From positions 1-22,809 of the forward strand of contig CBFDTI010000011.1 of NCBI GenBank assembly GCA_965612795.1: DNA of 22,809 bases, written 5' to 3'. This document shows, piece by piece, positions 1 through 8,714 of this stretch (position 1 is its first letter; the number at the start of each line of letters is the position of its first letter). The notes under the pieces were generated by a model, which saw nothing but the letters and a program-made list of their open reading frames with translations, ran no database searches and was not told the DNA's origin. The stretch comes from an uncultured bacterium. GTDB lineage: Bacteria > Hydrothermota > UBA3073 > NMUJ01. The translations under genes were made by a program, and so were the position numbers.

Positions 1-1001
1 ACGAGTTCGGGTGGTTCAACATAATCCGTATGTACATCGATCGTACCTATACCTACAACAAAATTGTACCCTTTAAGTTGGTTAATCACATCGTACCCCA
101 CACGTACATCACGATGCCTACCCGGCTGTTTAGTATCGCGGTTGGCATACTCGAAATGCAACTCATGTACGATACCTTGTAGTTTCTCAATATGTGGGAA
201 CAATACCGAGTAATTTGAAAAACATATGTGTATGCTCCAAAACACATCGGTATGCTTCAACCCATCTATCGTACATATAACAGTATCGATGAAATTAACC
301 ACCTCATCCCGCTTTGTAGTAGCTGCTGGTTCATCCAGCTGTATATATTTGGCACCTGCATCTATTAACGATTTAAGGTTTGGCTTCACAATACGTTCAG
401 CTACATCCTTCAGAAACCTCACACGTGCGACACGTCTGGCTTCATGTGCTGTACGTGTACCGATCGTAACATTTTTCATGTAGTATTCATCAAACGACCA
501 ATCCACCACCGTATATGCACCGGTGACTGGCACTTTAATGGGTTTAGATGTAAATCCCTTCACGGTATTGAACTCATCCAGATGATAGTATCTCTTAAGG
601 GTTGGCCGGTCCACACATACTGCACGCCTGTAGTATTTATTATCAAACGACCGCACGTGCCCGTAGAATCTGAAGCCGTCCACGTTACGTATCACATGTT
701 CGTACATCTCGATACGATGTTGCTCACCATCAAACACAAGGTCAAGCCCTGCCTTTTCCAACAACTTAGTAGCAAACAAGCTGGATAGATGTACCACCCG
801 TTGTTTATCTTGATCACTAATCCCTCTGCGTTTATGCAGTATCGACAACAGTTCATCGCCTTCAGACTTGAGCCCCAATTGTGTTGCCCAATATTTTGCC
901 TCCTTAATATCGGTGTCGGTCAATGGCCTTCCCGTAAGTAGTTTCACACGCCAGTTAGGTTTAGCTAAGCTACCTATCTCATGCGTCACTAAGGGTTTCA
1001 T
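1..1001 (-). CDS. metE: Cobalamin-independent methionine synthase, catalytic (C-terminal-type) subunit of a split MetE; runs off the window's left edge; absent from the ORF track
   Basis: Manual translation from ATG at 1001 (ATGA overlap with upstream stop) is open to the edge: MKPLVTHEIGSLAKPNWRVK...AGLDLVFDGEQHRIEMYE...KVPVTGAYT...GAKYIQLDEPA...SIHICFSNY...LHFEYANRD...GIGTIDVHTDYVEPPEL. Zn-binding HxC and Glu motifs present; the last Cys ligand would lie outside the window. Confidence 0.9.
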   Translation of the reverse strand, partial: MKPLVTHEIGSLAKPNWRVKLLTGRPLTDTDIKEAKYWATQLGLKSEGDELLSILHKRRGISDQDKQRVVHLSSLFATKLLEKAGLDLVFDGEQHRIEMYEHVIRNVDGFRFYGHVRSFDNKYYRRAVCVDRPTLKRYYHLDEFNTVKGFTSKPIKVPVTGAYTVVDWSFDEYYMKNVTIGTRTAHEARRVARVRFLKDVAERIVKPNLKSLIDAGAKYIQLDEPAATTKRDEVVNFIDTVICTIDGLKHTDVFWSIHICFSNYSVLFPHIEKLQGIVHELHFEYANRDTKQPGRHRDVRVGYDVINQLKGYNFVVGIGTIDVHTDYVEPPEL

Positions 1002-1936
1002 AACGTTTTTGGTAATGATTTCAACACCTGCACCTTTTTATCCGCACACGTACGTGGTAAGAAGTGCCAATCACTGCTACCTGTGATAACTATAAATTGG
1101 GGGTTAAGCTCCTCCGCCAGCATCTGTACAAACTGTATCACTGTATTGGGTGACTCTATCAGCGAGTTTTCGGTATCGAACACACCAGCAGCTATACCTT
1201 TGTCATGTGGCCAGTGCAACCTTTTCAACAATTCATACTCCGCATGTACGAAGTCCAGCCCAATTGCATCAACCTCAAGTGATACCAAAAAGTTGAGCTT
1301 CTCCTCATCGGGTGATGCAAAATATGTCATAAGTAATAACAACTTAGAACCCAGCTCACGTTTGACCATCGCATAAAACTTACGTAATACCTGCATGTCA
1401 TCAACTGATACCCCATCATAAACGAGTGATGGGTCACCAAAATATACAGCATCAACCTTCGGTATGATATAATGTGTGGTTTCCAACATAATGTCTGCGA
1501 TCACCTTTAATGTAGCACCCTTTGCGAACCTACGTACCAACGTAGGTGCTGGCAGGTACGCAAACCATAGCCCACCATGGGGTTTATGAAAATACTTGTC
1601 AAACCATACCTCTATTTGGGGTTCGTTCAACCTTACATTGTCACCAAACTCTATCACCCTAAAGAATGTATTTGTCTCATAGTAACGTACGAGCCCATCC
1701 ACTCTAACAGCATCCCATATCTCTACAAATGGTCGTAGTAGGTCTTGCCAGTTAAGTAACCCATCGTATTGTAAGTCCAACCCCTCCTGTAATTTAAACA
1801 GTGCTTGCCTGTCAGCTTCGTACGCCTCAACCAGTTGGGTTTCGTCCACACGCCCTCTATCGTAATCGCGGGTCACTTTGATCAGCTTTTCACCTCGTGG
1901 ATATAGGCCATTTAAGCTCTTATATATATGCATCAC
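998..1936 (-). CDS. MetE N-terminal-like (non-catalytic, putative folate-binding) subunit of split methionine synthase
   Basis: GLYPR start, DGLLNWQDLLRPF, RYYETNTFFR (counterpart of MetE WFDTNYHY), TYF..., DAIGLDFV, AGVFDTENSLIE, and FLPR..A.KKV.L at the end; no HxC zinc motif. Overlaps both neighbours; start may be ATG at 1933. Confidence 0.8.
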   Translation of the reverse strand: MMHIYKSLNGLYPRGEKLIKVTRDYDRGRVDETQLVEAYEADRQALFKLQEGLDLQYDGLLNWQDLLRPFVEIWDAVRVDGLVRYYETNTFFRVIEFGDNVRLNEPQIEVWFDKYFHKPHGGLWFAYLPAPTLVRRFAKGATLKVIADIMLETTHYIIPKVDAVYFGDPSLVYDGVSVDDMQVLRKFYAMVKRELGSKLLLLMTYFASPDEEKLNFLVSLEVDAIGLDFVHAEYELLKRLHWPHDKGIAAGVFDTENSLIESPNTVIQFVQMLAEELNPQFIVITGSSDWHFLPRTCADKKVQVLKSLPKTL

Positions 1937-3717
1937 TGAAGTAGTTCTGTCAACATATCTGGGTTTACAGCAATGAAATAAAATCCGTGCACGTATGGGG
2001 TGAGCTCCTCCATAATCCGATGTATTAGCTCTATGGAGAACTTAGGTAGCTCTTTATCGTTTAGTGACTCAACCTTCGTGATAATCCATTCCGGTATCTT
2101 CACCCCCGGTATCTCGTTCGCCATATGATATACCATCGTCTTGTTCCTGAAGGCCATCATACCTGCAACTATCTTCACATCTGGTAGCTTGTCGAGGATC
2201 GCCTTGATTATATTCGGTTCGTATATGGGTTGGGTTACAAAGAAATCTGCCCCACACTCCATACGACGATGTACTTTGGTGACAATTTTGTCGAGCTTAT
2301 CCACAAAGTTTATCGTCGCTCCTATATATGCGTCGACAGCTGGTGTAAGTTTGTTGCCAGCGAGATCTCTACCCTCACGTATAAGGTTAGCAAGCCTGAT
2401 CGCTTCCTCAGTGGTTAAGTCATACACCGCGGTGGCCTGTGGGTAATCACCGAGTTCGGGTGGATCACCTGCTACTATCAACACATTACATAACCCCACA
2501 CCGAACATACCAACAAGATCCGATTGCACACGGGTTAAACTCCTATCCCGTAGCGCGAAGTGTACCACTACCTCAACATCGGTGTGCTCCTTGATGTACA
2601 AGCCTGCGATATATGGGGCTATACGTACTTTACCCATGGGCGAATCGACAATCGATACCGCTGTAGCGCCCGCTTCTTTGAACATATTTACCTTATGTAT
2701 GAGTGGCTGTAAAGCACCCGATTTTGGTGGCAGTAGTTCAACCAACCGCGCACACCGGCGTTCGATATCATGCTTGAGTTGTGACCTCGCTTTTACCTCT
2801 TCACGGATGATATCTTCCTCTATGGGTTGCCATTCCACAACGATTGAGGTTTTTTTACCTTCACGTATGAGGTTGACCAATTCTCTTATACCAGCCGGTC
2901 GTGTACCACAACAACCACCTATCACCGATGCACCAAGCTCTACAGCTGTTAACCCAAACTGTGCGAAATGTTCAACCGCATCGGGGTAGACTATTTTACC
3001 CTCTGTGACCATAGGTTCACCTGAGTTTGGCTCCAATATAACCGGCAAATCCGTGTGCCTCAACATACGTCTACCGATTTCCAACACCTGTAGCGGGCTG
3101 ACACTATGGTTTACTCCCACCGCATATGCACCTAATTTATGGGCGAACGATACCACATCCTCGGGTGTCATCCCCGTAAGTGTACGCATGTTGCGGTCAA
3201 ACGTAAACAGTATAGCTACTGGTATGTCGGGGTCTATCTCACGTACACATTCAACTATAGCGGTGGTTTCCAACGGATCAACCTGTGTTTCAACAAAGAC
3301 GATATCGACACCTGCGGTTATGAGTGCTTCCACCTGTGGCCTATAATCTTCGATAAGCTCAGCCTTATCCACAGCTGTGTACGGATACGTGAGCCGCCGC
3401 CCGAGTGGCCCTATCGAGCCACCCACAAGCTTACCACCAGCTTTACGGGCGAGTTCTACCGCTTTTGTGTTGATTTCAGCTGTTAGATACTCTATACCTC
3501 TCTTGCTGAGCTTGACGGGGTTGGCATCGAATGTATTCGTGAGTATGAATTGACTACCTGCTTCAACATATTCACGATGTACCTGTAAGACGAGGTCGGG
3601 GTTGATAAGCACAGCTTCACAGGCTAACCTATCTTTTGGTAAGCCCAACGAATATAGATATTCACCGATAGCACCGTCCCCGATGATGGGTGTGTCAAGT
3701 TCAAGAAATTCCTTCAT
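1933..3717 (-). CDS. yitJ: Bifunctional homocysteine S-methyltransferase / 5,10-methylenetetrahydrofolate reductase (YitJ type)
   Basis: N-half: GDGAIG, HREYVEAGSQFILTNTF, GSIGP, VET, PNSG, IGGCCGT. C-half MTHFR: VELLPPK, DSPMG, HFALRDR, AGDPP..GDYPQATAVYDL, GADFFVTQPIY. Confidence 0.9.
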   Translation of the reverse strand: MKEFLELDTPIIGDGAIGEYLYSLGLPKDRLACEAVLINPDLVLQVHREYVEAGSQFILTNTFDANPVKLSKRGIEYLTAEINTKAVELARKAGGKLVGGSIGPLGRRLTYPYTAVDKAELIEDYRPQVEALITAGVDIVFVETQVDPLETTAIVECVREIDPDIPVAILFTFDRNMRTLTGMTPEDVVSFAHKLGAYAVGVNHSVSPLQVLEIGRRMLRHTDLPVILEPNSGEPMVTEGKIVYPDAVEHFAQFGLTAVELGASVIGGCCGTRPAGIRELVNLIREGKKTSIVVEWQPIEEDIIREEVKARSQLKHDIERRCARLVELLPPKSGALQPLIHKVNMFKEAGATAVSIVDSPMGKVRIAPYIAGLYIKEHTDVEVVVHFALRDRSLTRVQSDLVGMFGVGLCNVLIVAGDPPELGDYPQATAVYDLTTEEAIRLANLIREGRDLAGNKLTPAVDAYIGATINFVDKLDKIVTKVHRRMECGADFFVTQPIYEPNIIKAILDKLPDVKIVAGMMAFRNKTMVYHMANEIPGVKIPEWIITKVESLNDKELPKFSIELIHRIMEELTPYVHGFYFIAVNPDMLTELLQ

Positions 3718-4076
3718 CTAACCAACTGCATACTGAGTGGGTAGCGAAAATATTCACCTGCATAAGCTTTAACTGCGGCTGTGGTTATCATCGCGATATG
3801 TAAGACCACCAACCCTATAAATATGGGTATACCAATGTATACAAAATACAGTAACCCAGCGATCAACATGTAGATTGTCATGCTGAGCTGAAAATTTAAC
3901 GCTTCCTTACCATGGAAATCGACAGCCGGTAGCTCGTCACGCTTGAGTAACCATACCACAAGCGGCCCTATAATATGGCCAAAAGGTATGATGTAACCAG
4001 CGAATGCTGCAAGGTGGCATATCATCGCCCATGTACGTTCCTCTCTGGACGAAGGTGCAATCCACTGTCTATACAT
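3714..4076 (-). CDS. DUF4870 / Tic20-like small membrane protein
   Basis: ERTWAMICHL...GPLVVWLLKRD...HGKEALNFQLS...G..FRYPL pattern with three hydrophobic segments. Confidence 0.85.
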   Translation of the reverse strand: MYRQWIAPSSREERTWAMICHLAAFAGYIIPFGHIIGPLVVWLLKRDELPAVDFHGKEALNFQLSMTIYMLIAGLLYFVYIGIPIFIGLVVLHIAMITTAAVKAYAGEYFRYPLSMQLVR

Positions 4077-4715
4077 CTATAACTCGATTATTTTACCGAC
4101 ACCACCTTCTACGTATTTATCGGGGTATAGCGACTTTATGCGCGATTTAAACTGTGTACAATGTGTGGGACATATAAGTTCAAGCTCTTTGATGAGCTCA
4201 AACTCATTAAACCCGTGCAACCCACCGATAATTGCAGAAGGTTTACCAAACTCACTGGCTACACTTAGGATATTATTGACCCCTGAATGTGAGCATCCAA
4301 CAACTATTGCTACCCCCTTATCTAGTTTAATCACAAGCGATTGTTCAACCCCTTTAACTGTACCGGTTGAGAATATGTTCTCATGTAACTGTAACGGTTT
4401 ATCCACCTTTATTACATCTTTCACACCGATAGGTGGTGTCCATGACGTTGGTACATAAAGTTTAACCTCATCGTTAACTTTTAAGAACTCCGCCAGCCCA
4501 CCCGTATGATCCCAATGTCCATGTGAAATGAACACCTCCCTTATTGTCTTTGGATCTATTCCGAGCTGTTGCATGTTATCAAGTAATATCATACCGTTTG
4601 CTCCGGTGTCAAATAGTATCCGCTTACCGTATGCTTCTATCACACACGCAAACCCCCAATCTGCTTTCAATCCCGCTTTGTAAGCCTCATTGTCATAAAC
4701 TATTGTTAGTTTCAT
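4077..4715 (-). CDS. MBL-fold metallo-hydrolase (COG1237-like)
   Basis: ILFDTG, SHGHWDHTGG (HxHxDH), GCSHSG, GGLH, PTHCT; GGAGG RBS upstream. Confidence 0.88.
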   Translation of the reverse strand: MKLTIVYDNEAYKAGLKADWGFACVIEAYGKRILFDTGANGMILLDNMQQLGIDPKTIREVFISHGHWDHTGGLAEFLKVNDEVKLYVPTSWTPPIGVKDVIKVDKPLQLHENIFSTGTVKGVEQSLVIKLDKGVAIVVGCSHSGVNNILSVASEFGKPSAIIGGLHGFNEFELIKELELICPTHCTQFKSRIKSLYPDKYVEGGVGKIIEL

Positions 4716-4812
4716 TTGTAACCTCCGGGCTAATTTAAATTACACTATAATGCAAAAACTGCAACTCTATTTTGGCTCAAATTCTATACGTATTTGCGAT
4801 AGCCGTATGTTC

Positions 4813-6756
4813 TTATCTCATGAGCACAAGCTTACCTGTACGTATGAATTTATCGACTTTTAGCTTATAGAAATAAATGCCCCGGGGTACATTTCTACTC
4901 ATATCATCTGTACCATCCCAACGTACACTATAGCTACCTGATATCTGATCACCGTCTACCAGTGTCTTTATTAACTGGCCCATCACGTTGTAGACCTTCA
5001 AACTTACATGCCCGGGTTTGGGTATTTCGTACCGTAATTCAACTTCGTTCGTAAACGGATTGGGGTATCCGCACGCTAAATAGTACTTAGTTGGACGTTG
5101 ACCGCGTTCCTCGACATCCGTCCATATAGGCGAGATAATAACCGCATACTCAATCTCTGTATGTATCTGTTGTGGCTCCAACTTCTCTAGTATATCTCTT
5201 GGTGCCTGATACCGCCGTAACTCACGTGGTACGTTCATAGCGTAAAAGTTATCAAGCTTGAACTCGACCGGTGGATAGTCAGGTATCCACCACATACCGC
5301 CGGGGCTGGGCGATTCCGGTGCTACATGATAGAAATCGTGTGATACATACGCTGCATCGTTATGCAGGTTGGGGTGATGCTGTGGCGGATGTGGGCCCGG
5401 CAGCACACGTCCAGGTAGCCCCATCTCTGCTGCATTGTAGAACGGATCGCTAAATGCAATAAGTAAGCTTTCTGAGTTCACCCCGGCACAGGTGACGTAA
5501 TGTCCACCTATACGGAGCCATTCATTATGTTCTGCGTCCCAAACCCAGAAACCGAGTAGCAGGATGACGTCCTCGCTTCGCTCGATCTCCTCTTCTATGT
5601 AGTAGAAATCAGGCCTCTCCACCGTAATTTCGTACAAGCTGTCGATACCAGCTTCCTCAAGCCACCAATCTATAGCTTGTTGCATATCATACACGTAGGT
5701 ACCACAATGTGGTTCACCTGTACGTATGCCATCGCAATCCATATACCAAGCTAAGCGTTCGATTAACTCACCCCACCACCGTATAGGTGATGGCTGTGGC
5801 TGTTGCCCCGGTATGAATGGTGGGTTTTGTGGTGGCCCGGTATCGGGTGGCCATGGTGTGACACAATTATTGACGTTGATCTCGTTGTGATCATCCCAAG
5901 ACGGTCCCCTTAATGGACATACCGCACCTGTGTAATCCACTACCAATGACGAGAAGTCGCATCCATCGCCTGGGAAGCCACCACCAGGTCCCCATCTTGT
6001 CTCAAGTAATGCATCATACCACCAGAAACAGTTAGCTACTGCTACTGGGCCACAAAACGACCAGCCACCAGAGTCTGGGTTCAGCCAGTTATCCTGTTTC
6101 TGATCGAAATCTGGCATACCGCTTGGTGCATAGTTAGGGTATGGTTTCTTGAAGTACCAACCAACTACGGGTGGGATATCGTAATGTCCAACCGCTCTTA
6201 TCATCAGGTCACCAAAATCGACCTCCTCCCAGGAAAGCCCATCCACTGAGTAGAAGCTTCTGCCAAAGTTATCGTACATTGAGTCCGCTAACGCGTTCTG
6301 TGACCCTACGTCACCACCTGCACACCAGAAGCCGAGCCAAAAATCATCCGCATCATGATATGTAGGTATATCAACCTGATCCCAATTTGGGTAATTACCA
6401 CCGGTGAACACAGCAGAGTATATGCGATTCCCTGGTAGCCCGTTCATGTCGTCCCACACCACTAACGTACAAGGGCCTGGTGTGTCATACGACATGGTAA
6501 GGCCGGCTGTCAACACAAATGTAGAGCCCGATCCCGGTGTGGGTGTAAACCTGACCGCCCAATAGAGAGGGCCCATCGGTGCATACCAGTAAGCGATACC
6601 ATCATCGTAGTATATGGTATCACTGTCACTGCTAAGTGTGTGTATGGTAGGTGTAAGTATCACATGATCAGATGTAACTTCTATGATATGTCTAGGTGTG
6701 GCAGCAAAAAGAGAGGCACTTAAAATAATAATAAAAATAAAAAGGGGTCTTTTCAT
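4813..6756 (-). CDS. Secreted protein with putative papain-like (C39-like) cysteine peptidase domain and FlgD-Ig/T9SS-like CTD
   Basis: Signal peptide MKRPLFIFIIILSASLFA; PDFDQKQ...FCGPVAVAN...GGHYVTCAG...FSDP (Q/C/H/D order); CTD YPNPF...VYNVMGQLIKTLVDG...WDGTDD...GIYFYKL...KLVLMR; AGGAGG RBS. Confidence 0.72.
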   Translation of the reverse strand: MKRPLFIFIIILSASLFAATPRHIIEVTSDHVILTPTIHTLSSDSDTIYYDDGIAYWYAPMGPLYWAVRFTPTPGSGSTFVLTAGLTMSYDTPGPCTLVVWDDMNGLPGNRIYSAVFTGGNYPNWDQVDIPTYHDADDFWLGFWCAGGDVGSQNALADSMYDNFGRSFYSVDGLSWEEVDFGDLMIRAVGHYDIPPVVGWYFKKPYPNYAPSGMPDFDQKQDNWLNPDSGGWSFCGPVAVANCFWWYDALLETRWGPGGGFPGDGCDFSSLVVDYTGAVCPLRGPSWDDHNEINVNNCVTPWPPDTGPPQNPPFIPGQQPQPSPIRWWGELIERLAWYMDCDGIRTGEPHCGTYVYDMQQAIDWWLEEAGIDSLYEITVERPDFYYIEEEIERSEDVILLLGFWVWDAEHNEWLRIGGHYVTCAGVNSESLLIAFSDPFYNAAEMGLPGRVLPGPHPPQHHPNLHNDAAYVSHDFYHVAPESPSPGGMWWIPDYPPVEFKLDNFYAMNVPRELRRYQAPRDILEKLEPQQIHTEIEYAVIISPIWTDVEERGQRPTKYYLACGYPNPFTNEVELRYEIPKPGHVSLKVYNVMGQLIKTLVDGDQISGSYSVRWDGTDDMSRNVPRGIYFYKLKVDKFIRTGKLVLMR

Positions 6757-6766
6757 TATCCCTCCT

Positions 6767-6839
6767 TCCTACTAGTAGGATAAGGTTGAATTTTTAATGG
6801 TCAACCTTTCCACACAACCGAAGTGGTAAATTTTTACCA
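6767..6839. promoter_or_regulatory. Three adjacent inverted repeats overlapping a putative minus-strand promoter of the protease gene
   Basis: TCCTACTAGTAGGA (6767-6780, perfect palindrome); AAGGTTGA-N11-TCAACCTT (6782-6808); TGGTAAA-TT-TTTACCA (6824-6839). Minus strand reads TTGACC-N16-TATCCT, then AGGAGG. Confidence 0.45.
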
Positions 6840-6886
6840 AAATGTAGATACAACAGGTATCTCAGAAGCTACAGAAGTTAGCTATA

Positions 6887-8413
6887 TCACTCCCATTCCA
6901 TGGTGGCAGGTGGTTTATTGGATATATCGTACACCACGCGGTTGACTTCGTCGATTTCGTTCGTTATCCTGGTAGAGATGCGTTCCAACACCTCATATGG
7001 TAGCTTGGCGAAATTTGCCGTCATCGCATCCTGTGATTCAACAATACGCACAACTATGGGATATTTGTATGTCCTTGCATCACCTTGTATACCGACGGTC
7101 TTTATTGGTAACAATACCGCAAACGCCATCCATACCTTATCGTACAGGTGAGCAGCCTTGAGCTCCTGTTCGATGATGTAACTTGCCTTACGTACGATTT
7201 CTACCTTCTCGGGGGTGACCTCACCCACTATCCTGACCGCTAAACCTGGTCCCGGGAATACATGTCGATGTACGATACTATCTGGTAGCCCTAACTCTTT
7301 TGCGATCCTCCTAACTTCATCCTTGTACAAATCACGTAGTGGTTCGTAAACCTCCAGTTTCATGGTTGGTGGTAACCCACCCACATTATGGTGGGATTTG
7401 ATCCTTGCCGAGTATCGTGTGATCCCACTCTCAATACGATCCGAATATATTGTACCCTGTACCAGTACGGTGGCAGATTCCTTAGCTGCTACTTCTTCGA
7501 ATATATCGATAAATAGCTTACCTATGATTTGACGTTTGGCTTCTGGGTCGGTGACACCTTTCAAAGCATTGAAGAATCTATCTTTTGCATCGATTATGTG
7601 TAAGTTGAGGTCAAATTTTGCAAACGTCTGTTGTATGAACTCAGTCTCTTTGTAGCGCATCAACCCCGTATCTACGTACACAGCGATTAGGTTCTTACCT
7701 ATCACGTTATGTACCAGTACGGCAGCGGTTGACGAATCCACACCACCAGATAGCCCGATAATCGCCCGCTTATTGGTAAGTTTGTCACGTATCTCGTTTT
7801 GTATGGTTTCGATAATGTTGGCAGTTGACCACTCTTTTCGTGCATCGCATATATTGAATACGAAGTTGGCAAGAACTTTGCCACCATTGGGGGTATGTGT
7901 GACCTCAGGATGAAACTGCACCCCATAGAGTTTGTGTGCATCATTTTCGAATGCTGCCACCGGTGAATTATCTGTAACAGCCACCACTTTAAAGTCGGGT
8001 GGTAGCTCTTTTACAACATCTCTGTGGTTCATCCATACCTTTTCTATGGGGGATAGGTCTTTAAATAACTTGCTTGTGGTTAAAACCCTAAGCTCTGTCA
8101 CCCCGTACTCACCGGATTCACCGTAGGTGACATTGCCACCATTCATATACGCTATGAGTTGATGTCCGTAACAGATACCAAGGATTGGTACACCAAGTTT
8201 AAAAATACGGTGGTCACATTTGGGTGCCGCCTTGTCGTACACCGAAGCTGCGCCACCCGAAAGTATTATACCTTTGAGGTTGCCAACCTTTTGTAACTCA
8301 TCAGCAGATGTATCACCGGGTAACACCTCGGAGTAAACTCCAAACTCCCTCACCCTTCTTGAAATAAGGTGGCTATACTGGCCACCGAAATCTAATACAA
8401 CGATTTTATCCAT
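6887..8413 (-). CDS. guaA: GMP synthase (glutamine-hydrolysing)
   Basis: LDFGGQYSHLI, PILGICYGHQL, GVQFHPEV, LSGGVDS, IKSHHNVGGLP, HVFPGPGLAVR, KPPATMEWE. Confidence 0.98.
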   Translation of the reverse strand: MDKIVVLDFGGQYSHLISRRVREFGVYSEVLPGDTSADELQKVGNLKGIILSGGAASVYDKAAPKCDHRIFKLGVPILGICYGHQLIAYMNGGNVTYGESGEYGVTELRVLTTSKLFKDLSPIEKVWMNHRDVVKELPPDFKVVAVTDNSPVAAFENDAHKLYGVQFHPEVTHTPNGGKVLANFVFNICDARKEWSTANIIETIQNEIRDKLTNKRAIIGLSGGVDSSTAAVLVHNVIGKNLIAVYVDTGLMRYKETEFIQQTFAKFDLNLHIIDAKDRFFNALKGVTDPEAKRQIIGKLFIDIFEEVAAKESATVLVQGTIYSDRIESGITRYSARIKSHHNVGGLPPTMKLEVYEPLRDLYKDEVRRIAKELGLPDSIVHRHVFPGPGLAVRIVGEVTPEKVEIVRKASYIIEQELKAAHLYDKVWMAFAVLLPIKTVGIQGDARTYKYPIVVRIVESQDAMTANFAKLPYEVLERISTRITNEIDEVNRVVYDISNKPPATMEWE

Positions 8414-8459
8414 CTATAAATGTTACGTGAATTTCGGTATTATCAACTATAGTGGGTGG

Positions 8460-8657
8460 TTACTCCCTCACCATCCTTGTACCACACTTGGGACATGTAA
8501 CAGTATTACACGGTACACCAGGGGTATGTGGTACCTTTGTCCCACATGCGGGGCATACACAGTAGCCGCCGGGGCCACGGCCACCACGTGGGCCACGCCC
8601 TCCTCTTGGACCAGGTCCTCTCGGACCGGGACCACCGGGTGTGTCTTTACCCAACAT
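8460..8657 (-). CDS. Small Gly/Pro/Arg-rich protein with Cys-rich zinc-ribbon-like C-terminus
   Basis: AGGAG RBS before ATG; GPGPRGPGPRGGRGPRGGRGPGG followed by CVCPACG...H..G.PC...CPKCG..M.RE; fills the gap between two co-oriented genes. Confidence 0.78.
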   Translation of the reverse strand: MLGKDTPGGPGPRGPGPRGGRGPRGGRGPGGYCVCPACGTKVPHTPGVPCNTVTCPKCGTRMVRE

Positions 8658-8714
8658 AGTATCTCCTGTCGTTAAAATTTATCGCTATAAAGGGTATGTC
8701 AATCAAATCGAACC

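Noticed and set aside
4716..4812. SAM riboswitch or T-box upstream of the methionine block
   Set aside because: Short AT-rich gap with no recognisable conserved aptamer motifs or terminator.
8414..8459. Purine riboswitch before guaA
   Set aside because: The gap is only 46 bp, too short, and lacks the motif.
8565..8640. Short GC-rich tandem repeats as a CRISPR or DNA repeat element
   Set aside because: They encode the GPGPR/GGRGPR peptide repeats; there is no spacer structure and no cas gene.
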